From Camelus ferus (lineage: Eukaryota), in assembly GCF_009834535.1 (NCBI RefSeq), contig NC_045707.1, positions 49,478,001-49,542,000 of the forward strand: a stretch of 64,000 bases of DNA, read 5' to 3'. The notes under the pieces were generated by a model. It did no database searches. It was not told where the DNA came from and saw only the letters and a program-made list of their open reading frames with translations. Of this stretch, positions 12,870 to 25,732 are shown in pieces; within the stretch, counting starts at the first letter, position 1; the number at the start of each line of letters is the position of its first letter. Made by a program: the position numbers and the translations under genes.

Positions 12870-14299
12870 AAACCAATAACATAAAAAGTGATAGCTAAAC
12901 AAGACAAGAGATATATTAAGAAGTTCAAAAAAATAATAACAAAAGAAAGAAACAAAGGTACAGATGGACTTACAACAGAATTAAATCAAGTCATATCAGT
13001 AATTGCGTTAAATTATTATGGAATAAATACCCCAATTAAAAAGCAGACACTGTTGGAATAGATCAAAACAGCAAAAGCCAAATAAATGCTATCAATAAGA
13101 GATGCACTTTAAATACAAAGAGAGGTCAAATAAATTTGATATTTGGCAAAAGATATACCATGAAAACAATAAGCAAAAGATGGCTGTTTTGGCTGAATTT
13201 ATATCAGAGAGTAGTTAGCTTCAAGATAAAGAGTATTACCAGAGGAAACAAGGCCTCATCATAATAATAAACTGGTCAGTTCATCAAGGAGATAACAATC
13301 ATATATGTGTAAGTACCTAATAATACAGCTTCAAAATGTACAAAGATAAAATGGACAGAATGAAAATAAGAAATAATTTAACATCATAGATGATTCTAAG
13401 AACCCTTTCTCAACAATTGATAAAACAACAACAAAAATCAGTAAACACATAGAGGATCTGAAGAGGCCATTAGCCAGCTTGACTTAATTGTTATTTATAG
13501 AACACTATACCCTAGAATTGCAGGATACACCTTCTTTTCAAATGCACATGGTACATACATCCATGGAGATAGAAACATGTTGGATCATAAAGTGAGTCAA
13601 AAAAGATGTAAAATGATTGAATTTGTTGAGAGCATTTTTTTTTTACCACAATGGAATTAAATGCAAAATTAATAATAAAAAATTAAAATAGCCTCAAGCA
13701 TTTTGAAATTAAAAAAACAAAAACACTTTTAATTTTCTTGTTGGGCCATAGTGTTAGAGTTTTCTAAAAGCTCCTCACACAATTCTAATGTGCGGCCGGG
13801 CTGGGGTCTGGCTAAGGAACTAGTGATGGGAGCTTGTGTGGATGAGGGAAGGAAGAGGAAAGTAGGAAGGATGGCCTTCACTCTTGATGTGAGTGAAGTT
13901 GATAGTGATGGAAGTAATGTAATGATGAGATATTCTTAATGACCTGTTCATTCAAGCTTTATGAACACTTAGGTTTCATAGCAAAATTGTCATAGATATT
14001 AAAAGTTTCCATTTTTAAATAAAGGAATATCCAACAACCACATCATTTCTAATAAATATTTTTTTCCAAAACCTTTTACTTCATCAGTAATTGTTTGATA
14101 ATATTATATTTTATTTTTACTAAATTTTAACTTCTAAAAAAAACCAAGAATAACATGTATCCTATTAGGTTAAAGAAAATACATAAAAGTCCTTTAAATT
14201 AGTTCTCATTTCATCAATGTTAATGAAATGTCTGTATTAAAAAATCTTGACTTGCAAATAAAATGTCGTAGAATAAAAAATAAGTATATATTTAAAACC

Positions 14300-14650
14300 C
14301 TCCCTCTTACTAATAGACTCAGTAGAGAGACGAGAGAGACTCCCTTCGTGGCTTGATAAAGTATGCTGCCATGATGGAGGAGCCCACTTGGGAAGGAACT
14401 GTGGATGACCTCTAAGAACCATAGGTGGCCTTTAGTCACTGGGTGAAAAATTGAAGCTCTCAGTCCTACACCACAAACAACTGATTACTTCCAATAGCCA
14501 TGGGAGATTGGAAAAGGACCCTGAACTTCTGGAGAGAAATCAACTGTAGTCAATACCTAGAATGCAGCTTCCTGAGACACCAGGGAAAAGACTTGGTTAA
14601 GCTATGCTCAGACTCCTGATCCACAGAAACGGAGAAAGTAAATGCATTGT
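14300..14650 (+). mobile_element. MaLR LTR fragment (MLT1E/F-like)
   Basis: 'tggcttgataaagtatgctgccatg...gaaggaactgtgg...ctcagactcctgatccacagaaac...aaatgcattgt'. Confidence 0.75.
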
Positions 14651-15879
14651 CAGACACACAAAAATTACAATTTAAAGATTTTCAAATAAATCCATTGGTC
14701 AAAGAAATAATCAAAAGAAAAATTACAAAATATTTTGAACATAAGGATATCAAAAACTGAGTGATAGACTTAAAACAGTGATGAGAGAAATTTACAATTG
14801 TAAATGCTTATATTAAAAAAGCAGACAGTTCTAAAAGCAATAATGTAAAACTTCACCTTAGGAAGCTAGAAAAAAGAAGAGCATAGTAAACCAAAGTAAA
14901 AGGAAAGAAAGAATTCAGATTGGCAAAGAAATAAGTGAACAATAGAAAAATAACAAATCCAAAATTTGATTATTTGAGAAGATACAGAATCAATATGCTC
15001 CTACTTAGACTAATCAAGATAGAAAAACAGAAAATGCATTCCCATATAAAGAATGAAAAAAAAAAAAACCATCACTGCAGATTCTACAGAAATTAGACGA
15101 AAAATAAGAGTAGTATAAACACCTTTATGCCAACAAATTTGACAACTTATATACAACAGGCAAATTATCTGAAATATATTTACCAAAATTGGCAAAACTT
15201 GAAATAGAAAATCTGATTACCCCATTATCTATTAAAGATGAATTTTTATGAAAAATTCTCCTACAAAGAAAATTCCAGTCTTAGGTGCTTTAAATGTTGA
15301 AACATTTAAGAAAGAAATATTACCAATTTCACACAAACAATATTAAATAATAGAAAAGGTAATACTTCTTAACCAAGAAACTATAAAAAAGAAAATTCTT
15401 TAACCAGTAATACCCCCTCATGTATAGATGCAAAAACACTTAGCAAAATAGTAGCAGATTGAATGTAGCAACATATGAAAGGAGGATACATCATGACGAA
15501 GTCGAGTTTATTCCAGGAATACAAAGTAGTTTTAACATTCACCAATTTCATTTACCATTTTAATATATTAAAAAGAGAAAAAAAAGACATGATTACCTCA
15601 ATAATGCAGGGAAAAAATGACAAAATTTGACTTATCTTTATGAAGAAACCTCTTCAGGCATGGGAGGGGAAATTCCTCAAACTGATTTTAAAAAAAGAAG
15701 AAAAAAACTTATTGCTAACCTCATACTTAATGGTAAAAGATTGAATACTTTCTTCCTAAGTTTGGTAGTAATGCAAAAGTGCCTGCCTTCATCACTTATA
15801 TTTGACATTGTACTGGAAGTCCTAATAATTTTAATATGGAAATAAAATTAAAGTCATAAAGATTAGAAAAAAATATAAT

Positions 15880-16430
15880 GCCACCATGTAAAGTTTTACA
15901 TAAAAATAGAACCACAACGTGTGTATTCTTGGTGTAAGGCTTCTGTGATTTAACGCAATGTTTTGAAATTCATTCATGTTGATGCATGTATCAGTAATTT
16001 GTTCCTTTTTGTTTTGAAAAGTATTTCATCCTATGAATACCTAGAGTTTATTTATCCATCATTCTATTAATGGATGCATTAGCTATTTCCAGATTTTTGG
16101 CTGTTGTGAATAAAGCTGATGCAGACATTGTTGAACACATCTTTTTGTGAATATATAGTTTCATTTCTTATTTTTTGTGAGTGGACTTATTAGATCATAG
16201 GTTAAAGGTGTTTAGTTTAATGTGAAATATTTTTCCAAAATTTATTGTACCATTTTACAGCAAAAATATGTAAGATTTCTATCTACTCCAAAATCTCACC
16301 AACATTTGAAGTTGTCAGACTTCAATTTGTAGCCATTCTCGTGGATGTGTATCTCATTGTGTTTTAATTTATTCTTCTGATGAATAATAATATACAGCAC
16401 TTTTTTATGACCATTTGTTTATTTCTTTGT
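15880..16430 (-). mobile_element. Old L1M 3' region in antisense
   Basis: 'ttttgaaattcattcatgttgatgcatgtatcagtaatttgttcc...ctcaccaacatttg' is antisense L1 ORF2 end/3' UTR. Confidence 0.8.
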
Positions 16431-16439
16431 TGAAGAAGT

Positions 16440-17060
16440 CTCAGCAGATTTTTCTGTAGAAATTGATGAACTGATTGTACAATACAAATACTAAAGACCT
16501 AAAATTTCCAAAGCAACCTTGAAAATATAAATAATATATGTCATAATGTAGTGTAAGATATTTAATGCTAAATGTAAGTAATATATGATAGAGAACAATT
16601 AGAAAATCTGCCTCTGTGTGGGTGAAGGTAGAAAATGAATAAGAAAAGACACAAGGAGACTTTCAGGGAAATGTCAGTAGTCTAGAACCTATGTGTTTGA
16701 GTTACACAGGTACATACATCAGTCAAAACTCAGTAAGCGTACAGTTGAGATTTACGCCTTTTGGTGGACATAAATTTTACCACAAAATAAAAATAAACTG
16801 CACTATAGATAATGATGTATATGCTGAAGTATTTGATGGAAAATATGATGATGTCTGGAATTTACTTCAAAATGAGTCAAATATGAGATGCCTAAATGGT
16901 CAGGTGGAAGGAGGAATAGATGGATCAACACATGCTACAGCTCGTATCATAGAACATTAATAATAGAACCTATGTGGCAGGTATAAGGATGGGTACTGAA
17001 TTTCTATAAAAGTTTTTCAACATTGCTGTAGATTTCAAAATTTTAGAAAACAAAGAGGGC
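16440..17060 (+). mobile_element. Old L1M (L1MD/ME-like) ORF2 remnant and 3' UTR
   Basis: 'agaaattgatgaactgattgtac...aaagcaaccttgaaaa' followed by 'tgctgaagtattt...gatgtctggaatttactt' 3' UTR motifs. Confidence 0.65.
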
Positions 17061-17389
17061 AGGAAATGGAATAATACCTTTTTGAAGTATTTCAAATAAA
17101 ATACTAATTTGGCACTTAACACAGCCATCTTACATCTCTAAATTCAGTGATGTAGAATGACTCATTTTCCTTTATTGCTGGATAATTAAAGCTGTTTTTC
17201 TTTATTAAACAGAGGATATTTTCAAGGAAATCTTTTTTATTTTCTTACTTTCTCCTTATTGAAGCATTGTCTTAAATAGATTTAATTCCAAAATGGCTTT
17301 CAGTACAAAATGGCATATATGATGTGATCTGTTGCCCTACAGTGTGTATATTCAATAAAACATTTTCTGAATATCTTTTTTTATATGCC

Positions 17390-18825
17390 TATAGAATTTG
17401 TAGTGATATTCCTTTTTTATATGTCATAATGGTTATTTGTACCTACTCTTTTTTCTTTTTAAGTCTTGCTTGGATTTTAACAATTCATTAATCTTTTCAA
17501 AGGACCAAGTATTTCCTTTTTTTTTTTTTTTGTACTCACTAATGTACATACTTGCTTTTTATTTAATGAATTTATACTTTATCATTATTATTTTCTGTCT
17601 TCAGTTTTCAGTGGGGAAGATAGTTATTTTTCTGCTCTTTTCCTCAGTTCTTGGGATGGATGCTTAGATAATTTATTTTGGGCCTTTCTTTTTCTCTTAT
17701 ATCTGCATTTAGATCTGTGAGTTCCTCTAAGCTGTATCCCTCATGTTCTGGTGTCATATTTTCATTTCATTCAGTTCAAAGTATTCCACTGATTCCCTCC
17801 TTTAAAAGTATACTGCTTGATTTTCAAATCATCCACTGTGGTCAGAGCACATACTTTGTTTTATTTTAGGACTTCAAAAATTGTTGAGACTTACGTTTTA
17901 TTTTATTGCTCAGCCTTTTTTTAAATATGCATATTTAGTTCAACAAAGTCAAAAGCTAACTACTATTTTAATCCCTATACCAAACAATATAAAGATCATA
18001 GAATACTCTAAAGCTGGTCCACTCCCTGTGTATTTGCAATAATGTTGTTTTTATTATTTTAGTTTTCTATTTTTCCCCATGAACTATTTTTCATGTTTTG
18101 TATCAACACTGTACGTTAAGGTTAGCTACATATTAGCCATTTTATTTGGTCATCATTTATTCCTTCATTTTTGGTTATCTTTCTGGGCTTTTATTTCTCT
18201 CTTTTTTGACATAATTTTCACATTTTATTTTTTTAAATATATACATTTATTGAAGTACAGTCAGTTTACAATGTTGTGTCAATTTCTGGTATACAGCACA
18301 ATGCTTTGGTCATACACGAACATATATATATTCATTTTCATATTCTTTTTTCACTGTAAGTTACTGTAAGACATTGAATATAGTTTCCTGTGCTAAAAAG
18401 TATGAACTTGTTGTTTATCTATTATATATATATATTAGTTAGCATCTGCAAATCTTGAACTCCCAATTTATCCCTTCCTACCCACTTCCCACTCTGGTAA
18501 CCAGAAGTTCATTTTCTATGTCTGTGAGTCTGTTTCTGTTTTGTAAGTAAGTTTGTTTGTCTTTTTTTTTTTGGATCCACATATGAGTGATGTCATATGA
18601 TATTTTTCTTTCTCTTTCTGTCTTAGTTCACTTAGAATGACATTCTCCAGATCCATCCATGTTGCTGCAGATGGCATTATTTTGTTATTTTTTATGGCTG
18701 AGTAGTATTCCATGGTATAAATATACCACTCTTCTTTCTGAATTTATATTCTTTAAAATTCTTTTAGGACAAGTAATTGGTAGTGAAACCTTTCTGTTTT
18801 TATTCACGTGAAGGTGTAATATCTG
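17390..18825 (-). mobile_element. Highly decayed antisense L1M fragments hosting a younger L1
   Basis: T-rich; 'cattaatcttttcaaaggaccaa' and 'tgtggtcagagcacatactttg' resemble antisense L1 ORF2. Confidence 0.55.
18223..18737 (-). mobile_element. Younger 5'-truncated L1 3' end
   Basis: ORF 18516-18713 (MEYYSAIKNNKIMPSAATWMDLENVILSELRQKEKEKYHMTSLICGS) is the L1 ORF2p C-terminus; same 3' UTR as 12223-12869; poly-T at the left end. Confidence 0.93.
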
Positions 18826-18829
18826 TACT

Positions 18830-21258
18830 ACTTTGGGGCAGACAAACATGCCTTACGCAGAACCCAAGAAGCACTCACCATAAATAAGACTGGCAAATTT
18901 GATTTGATTATAATTAGAAAATTTATCAAAGGCTTATCAAAAGACACTACTGGATAAAAACATGGACAACAGAGTGTGTGAGAAAATATTTGCAATACAT
19001 GTAACCAATAGAAATTAATACTCAAAGTATATTTTTAAAAGAGGAAAAAGCCTACAAATCAGGAAGGCAGAGACTGTCCCAAAAGACACAATAGCACTTT
19101 CCAAAAGAACAGTAAGCCCAAGAAAAGTTACTCCATCTCTCTTGGCATCAAGAAATATACATTAAAATTACAAAGAGATGCTATTAAACTCCACAGAAAT
19201 GGTGAAAAATTAAAAGAGGGACAATACTAATTGTTGGAAGTGATTTGGAGAAATTTGAAAACTTCTATAATCTTATGACTTGTGCAATTTTCTTTATATG
19301 AGTTTTACTCTAATATAATTTGTTATTTTTAAAATGCATGGTAACATTTCAACATAACTACTAAAAGATAGACATATTGTGTACATATTTACACATACAT
19401 ACACACGTATTTTCAGAGGTTCAGTAGGGTTAGATGAGGTCATGAGGGTGGGGTCTTGGTCTAATGAGATTAATGCCTTATAAGAAGAGATGTGTGTGTG
19501 AGTGTGTGTATACTCTGATCTCTCAGGGAGAGGAATGTAATGATGTTAAAAATTTAATCGACCAGATAGTATTTGGAAGGGGGGAGAAAAATTTCAATCT
19601 ATAGTTTACTCCAAATACTAAAATTAGTTTCAAATGGATTAGAGTTATAAAAGTTGAGGAAAAAAGAAAAAGAAAACATTAAAGTTCCTAAAGAAAAAGA
19701 TGAACAATTTCTTCTATAATCCAAAATAGAAAAAAATCTTCTTAAGTTTAATTCAAACCCAGAAGCAAAAAAAGATTAATTAAAGTTCTACAATTTATTG
19801 TTATTTTCCTTCAAGGGGAAAAACAGCATAAACGAAGCAAAAACAAAATAATTAATTAAGGAAAAGATATCTGTAACTTGTGTCACAAACAAAACACTAA
19901 TGATCCATTTTAAAAGCTCCTAAAAATGAAGAATAAAGAAATAAATAACCTAATATAAATATGGAGGAACAATATGGACAGAAAGTTCAAAGAAGAAAAA
20001 AATGAAAATGATTCTTGAATATCTGAAAGGATGGTCAATTTATAACAGAAAAATACAAATTAAACTGTGTCTAAGTTCCCATTTGTCACCATCAGATTGG
20101 CCAAAATCCAAGTTTAACAACCTCTGGGTTGACCATGAGAAAAGTCACTGGCATCTACTTCTGCTTAAAATATAAAATGATTAAACACTTGTGAAGGAGA
20201 ATTTTTTAATATTAACTTACATAGTTGTTAGTATTTGATTGTACTTTTATCCAACAATCTTGACCAAAAATACAAAGAAAGAAAGAAAGAAAAAGCTTTT
20301 TACATACATTTATTGATTGCGGCATTATTTGTAATAGCAGACTATTGAAAACAATCTAAATGTCCATCAACGGAGAGCTGGCTCAATAAACTACAGTACA
20401 TCCGCACAATGATATTCTATAATACAGTAAAAAGTAATGAGATTGTTCTTTATTCCCTGATAAGACGTGATCTTCAAGGTGTATCATTAAGTGAAAAAAG
20501 CAAAAAGCCAGATGCAGAACCGTGTATATAGTATGCTACGTTTTTTAAAATAAGGTGAGGAAATACAATTTTCTGCATGGACGTGCTTGTGTTGTTTATA
20601 TTTGCAAAGGGATTTCCTACTAGAAAAACTCAAAACTGAAAATTACCTCTAAGGACGAGAGGGAATAAATGGTAAGAAGAGTAATGAAGACATCTCTTAA
20701 TATACCTCACTATATAATTCTGTTTTGAAATTTTAAAAATGCTGGCACCTTCCAAAAATAATATGAACAACAAAGGAAAAAAGCAAACCCTGAAAACTAA
20801 AAACAAATGGAGATAAATGAACTTAACCATCTATCAAGTCAATGTCATAACTACACACAGAGATAATAATTATTTTATGACTTGGGAACACAGTATTTTG
20901 ATTGCAGATCATTGATAGAATCAATTCTATGAACAAATAGAACTATAAAGAAATTTCACTTCATTGGTTTTGATACAGTTTTATATGTAGTTAATAAGTG
21001 ATTATATTAATGTTAAGAATGTTAAGAACAAAGATTTTTGGAATATTGAAAACAATCCAAATGTCCGTAAGTAGAGAACTGACTGGATAAATAAACAATA
21101 ATTTATTATAAATACAATTTATTTATAATTACACATAAAACATGGATGAATCATAGAAACACAATAATGAGTGAGTAAAAACTCAAGTCCCAAAAGATAT
21201 ATACAGTAAAATGTCATTTTTATAAAACCTGAAAGCAATTAAAACCAAAATATATGTT
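18830..21258 (+). mobile_element. Old L1M (L1ME/MC-like) ORF2 3' part and 3' UTR fragments
   Basis: 'gagaaaatatttgcaatacatg', 'gcattatttgtaatagca...aaacaatctaaatgtccatcaac', 'aacatggatgaatcatagaaac'; contains a short MLT1A-like piece at about 19410-19490. Confidence 0.7.
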
Positions 21259-21382
21259 GCCAGGTTCTGAGATAGCTTCCAGTAAGCTTGGCCTCCTGGT
21301 GTCACGCCCCTGTAATCTCCCCTGGGCATAGGCTGAATTTACTGATCTGCGTCTAGTGAATAGAATGCAGTTGAAGTGGCAG

Positions 21383-22512
21383 TTATGGAGGAAAAACAGA
21401 TGTGGGGCATGAGGAGGGCTGTGTCCCAGGCTTCGGTTGAGACCCCGGGACGTGCCCCGCCAAATGTGGGTCCTTGGCTTCACGCAGGAAAGAATTCAAG
21501 AGCGAGCCACAGTTGAGTAAAGGTAGATCTATTTAGAGAGATATATCAAAAGGCAAGAGAAAGGCCACGAGGTGTGGGGTTTGAGTGCTCAGATTAGAGT
21601 AAAAATAGGTACACACTGTGAACGAAAATACTGCAATGTGAGTGAAAATACTGCAAACATATCAGTAAACAAAGAATGCTGAAACCAAGTCATCAGCGGC
21701 TGCCGCCACCCCCCAGTGGGGACGGGCCTGCAGCTCAGCCTCTGCAGCCACTCACAATGGTGCCCTCTGAGCGGACGCAGAGTAAGAAAGGACAGGATAC
21801 TGGCCCTAGATAGCTAGGTGCTTGTCAAAGGAATGAATTCAATGAGCCCAAATGTTTGCTTCCTCCCATACATAGAAAAGCACTAAATTCTTTAACTTGA
21901 GATGCCTGTTTTTCTTTAGATAACAAGTAATCTTTTATTGTTCCAACTACCTGGTCTTTGTTGTAAAGCTCCTATGTATTCTAGCTCCTCCCCTACCTCT
22001 TTGGAGCAGTCCCTCAGAGCGATCTGAGAGGCTGTCATCCCGGCTCGAGTCCTCCCTCCAAATAAAACATAACTTTTAACTTTTAGGCTGTGCGATTATT
22101 TCAGTCGACAACACTCCATAGACGAAGTGTGGGCCGTCTCTGAAGAAGGGAGAGAGAGAGGCCGTGAGGGGCAGTGTTGCCCATTCTTATGGGCTTTGGT
22201 AGCTTCATGTGCAAATAAGTGGAAGGACCAGTCTAACTAGCCTGGGGAAGGGGCTGGGATTCCCAGGAAGCTGGCCATTTCCCACTCTGCCTTTTTGTGG
22301 CTAGCATTGAGACTGTCATGGAGCCTGTAGGCATGTTATTCACCATGCTAATATATTACAATAAGCATACAATGAAGCTCAAGTTCTACTAGAAGTTAAA
22401 TCTCCCACCATCTTGACCCTCAAGGCCTACTGGGGGTTGAAACATTCACCATTTTGATGTTAATTGCTGTAGCATTCCTTGAATGGCTGTGGCCTGCCCC
22501 CTTCCTGTCTCA
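21383..22512 (-). mobile_element. ERV1-class solo LTR in antisense (outer), interrupted by a second LTR
   Basis: Reverse complement starts TGAGACAGG; flanked by gcag (21379-21382) and gcag (22513-22516); 'cgcaggaaagaattcaagagcgag' resembles ERV1 U5; relatively CpG-rich; the left terminal TG is missing. Confidence 0.75.
21617..22110 (+). mobile_element. ERV solo LTR (inner), 494 bp
   Basis: TG...CA termini, 4-bp TSD acac (21613-21616 / 22111-22114), AATAAA at 22061-22066. Confidence 0.88.
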
Positions 22513-22596
22513 GCAGGATTTCAGTCCTGAGCCTATGTTAAGTAAAAACTATGGCTTCTGTCTTGGGTGCTCTCTCAAATTTTCTCACATGCTTGC

Positions 22597-23040
22597 TGTT
22601 ACAGATCACATTGTTTTTTCCTGCAAAAAACCTGAAATCCTAATCCTCAGTATCTAAAAATGTGGCTTCTTTTGGAACGAAGGTCATTGCAGATATAATT
22701 AGTTAAGATGAGGTCATGCTGAAGTAAACTGAGCCCCTAGTCTAATATGACTGGTGTCCTTATAAAAAGATGGTCATGTGAAAGCAGAGACACAGGGAGA
22801 ACACCATGTGGTGGTGAAGGCAGAGACTGGCATTGTGCAGCTGCGAGCCAAGGAGCACCAGAGATTGCCAGCAAGCCACCAGAAGCCAGGAGGAAGGAAG
22901 GAAGAAGTCCTCTGTAGGTTTTAGAGAAAGCATGGAGCTGCCAACACCTTGATCTTGGACTTCTAGCCTCCAGAACTGTGAGAGAATAACTTTCTGCTAT
23001 TTTAAGTCACCCAGTGTTTTGTTATAGCAGCCCTGGAAGA
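22597..23040 (+). mobile_element. MaLR LTR, MLT1B/C-like
   Basis: 'ggtcattgcagatataattagttaagatgaggtcat...ctgccaacaccttgatcttggacttctagcctccagaactgtgagagaataa'. Confidence 0.9.
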
Positions 23041-25259
23041 CAGGGCTTGCCCCGATTTCTGACCCTCTGACACAGAGATGATAAAGGGTTGCTGTTTTAA
23101 GCTGCTGAGTTTTAGGGTCGTTTGTTATGGAGCAACAGATAACTGTACACATGTTGTTTTAGACTATATAAATATGTGACAATTCTAAGAAGGTCAGACT
23201 TAGGAATAGGTGGGACCTGGGCAGCTCTGAGAGATGATGCAGCAGGAAACACATAAAACACCTCATAGCAAGAATCATCTAACCTGTACATTGCCACCGA
23301 GATGAGTACATATCAAACACTTTTTGTGTCCCTGCGTCACTTGCCCTGAATTCATAATCCTGGAGAAAGAAAGCTTCCAGTGGGCAAGGTTAAAAGTCAT
23401 TTCCCCACCATGGCCTATCTCAAGGGATTAGAGAAAAAATCTTGGCCTTCATATTTCCAAGGGGACGGAGTAGGTTGTGTCTGGATTTACCATCATATAA
23501 AAGCTATCAGAATTGGAGGTGGAATAGTTACCCGCAAAGAAACTGAGGCATATTGGGATGGGGCAAAGATTTCAGGGACCCTCGATCCAACACACGAATG
23601 TCCTCTAAAAGAAGCGTTTGAAGAAATAACAAAAATGGTTTGGTATCATGATAAGTAGAAAAATCAAAACTGTCAGAATAAAACAATGAAATAGTTCTCA
23701 GCGAACTGACAACCCACATTAGATGGGCCCTCTGAATTCTTGCTCAAATTCCTTTCACTGGAATTCTAGGTGTGGCATACATCAATTCAAGTCTGAAGGG
23801 AGAGGAGTGGCAAAAGCAAAGCTTAACTCAAACCACTCTATGCACTTTTTTTTTTAAGTCTTCAAATATTTTTATTTGGCCACTAGAAAATTTTACGGAA
23901 CCCAATTTTTATCATACACATGCACACATACAGACACACAGGCAGAACTGATTGCACACACAGCATTGAACAGAAGAGTAATAAACTGGTAATACACACT
24001 ACTCCCATCTTAAGAAACAACGTACTCAAACACAGTATAAATCATTTGTTTTCATTCTGTTTTGCAGAGAGAAAATAGTACATATCACGATTGTGCTCAC
24101 CCAATTACAGGAGAGTGAACTGTTTCCTGTCTTAGATAAGAACCACTTTAAAGTTGTTTTTTTTCCCCCAATTTGGTTGTCTGTGCGTGCGTGTGCTTGT
24201 GCATGTATGCTTTTTGTAAGAATTAAAGAGTTAAGCAATTAAGCAGTTAAATAAATAATAGAGGAGAAAGAAGGAGAGCATGGTTAAGCCATTCTCATAA
24301 AGCTTATTACTGGTTACTTTTCTCAAATTAATATACCACAAGCCACATGCTTACTTATAAATTCCTGAGTTATAACAGAAGACGGCATTCTAATGAAGTT
24401 CCACGCACCCCATGTTGGTATGTTCTGCAGACAGCTGCTGCCTTGCAATTCCATAACTGCCTGATGCTAATATCCTAAACCAGTCTTAAAGGCTTCTTTG
24501 CTTGCCTGTCAGCTGCCCAGCTCAGGGAAGGGGCCACATCCAGCACCCTGGCAGCACAAGCGGATTTGTCAGCTCCGGCGAATGCCGCATTCTGGCGTTC
24601 TCTGTCGCGCTCTGTGCACACACATTATTCTTTCTGAGTGCATTACTCTGGGTCTTCGATCCCTTGAAGGCTGCATGTTTCCATTCATTACCAGACGAAG
24701 TACTTAGGGAATGAACACACTTTTCTGGAATTGCAGACATCTAGCAGAATTAACACACCCAGAGAACTGCTTATTGAAGTAATGGGAGACAAAAATCTGA
24801 AAGCTGAGTATTTAACCGGAGGGGTATTAGTCCCGATCCTTTATTCATTGGGCCTCTCATCTTTAATCTGCACTACTAAAATATAAATGTTTAAAAATAG
24901 TAAAATATTCACTGCCTTCTGTATTTACGGGGTTTGTCATCTGCAAGATGTTGCAAGAAGGAATCCAAAACAGAGAATGCATGGGGAAATATGTTCAAGG
25001 AGCATACCTCAGGGGCAGAAATGTTACTTAAATCTTTTAAACTTCTAGAAATTGGATAATAACTGCTCAGCTTAGCTGAACAAAGACATTATTGTTCAGT
25101 ATTTTTGAAGAAGACAGCGTAATACCCACTGTTTTGTTCTTGTCTCAAATATAGCAGTCTTTAACAGTAACATACCCCTGAACAAACAAACCAAAAGGTA
25201 TTTCTTTCATGTTCTCCCAAACCTGTTGGTCCTATTAACTCACTAACTCAGTTATGGAA

Positions 25260-25730
25260 TGAGCGTCCCTTCAGTCATCCAAACAGGAAGCCTCAAATCT
25301 GGAAAGTCAGCAAGAAACAATTATCTTCTATCTCCCTGTCACAGTGGTCATCAGGTTTTGTCAATTCTACCCACTTTGGGTGCTTCCCTCTTTCTCTGTC
25401 TGCCACTGTCGGGGCTTTAATTCAGGCACTTCTCGTGCTTTCTGGATTGTAATAATACCTCCACCCCCAAAATGATCACCTTGCCTCCAATCTTTGCTCT
25501 ATACAACATTTCATCCTCTATGCTGCTTTCAGTTACTTCTTCTAAACACAGAAGCTGACCTGTCCTAGCTTAAACTCCTTACCACGGCATTCACACTGCT
25601 TCATTCTTCAGCCCCAGGCTGCCCACCCAGGAGCGGATCCTGCTTTTCTACCTACCAAATGCACTTCACCAGGGCTGCTCTGTTCACCCTTTCCTGAAGG
25701 TACTGCATGTTCTGAAGTCTCTCCTTCTGC
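25260..25730 (+). mobile_element. L2 LINE fragment (resumes at about 26395-26640)
   Basis: 'ttttgtcaattctacc...ctggattgtaataatacctcc...cttaaactcctt'. Confidence 0.65.
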
Positions 25731-25732
25731 TT

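Larger units (their letters stand above)
10500..15870 (+). mobile_element. Long decayed L1M element (5' region, ORF1, ORF2 EN/RT), interrupted by younger insertions
   Basis: ORF 11468-11689 (NINLQIEK...HNIINLLKTK) resembles ORF1p; about 13000-13110 resembles the EN-domain start (ITLNVNGLN.PIK...QETH-like); ORF 15627-15845 (ANLILNGKRL...SSLIFDIVLEVL) resembles RT; many stops and frameshifts. Confidence 0.85.
21258..23149 (+). mobile_element. MaLR LTR (MLT1F-like) split by nested LTR insertions
   Basis: 5' part 21258-21382, continuation 22513-22596, 3' end 23050-23149 ('gttttaagctgctgagttttagggtcgtttgttatggagcaacagataactgtaca'). Confidence 0.7.

Noticed and set aside
24530..24590. HDV-like (CPEB3/theta-type) ribozyme suggested by GGGGCCAC...GGCGAATGCC
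   Set aside because: Only about 5-bp P1 and P2 helices can be drawn, and the P3/L3 region lacks the pyrimidines needed for the P1.1 pseudoknot with GG, so the fold does not fit.
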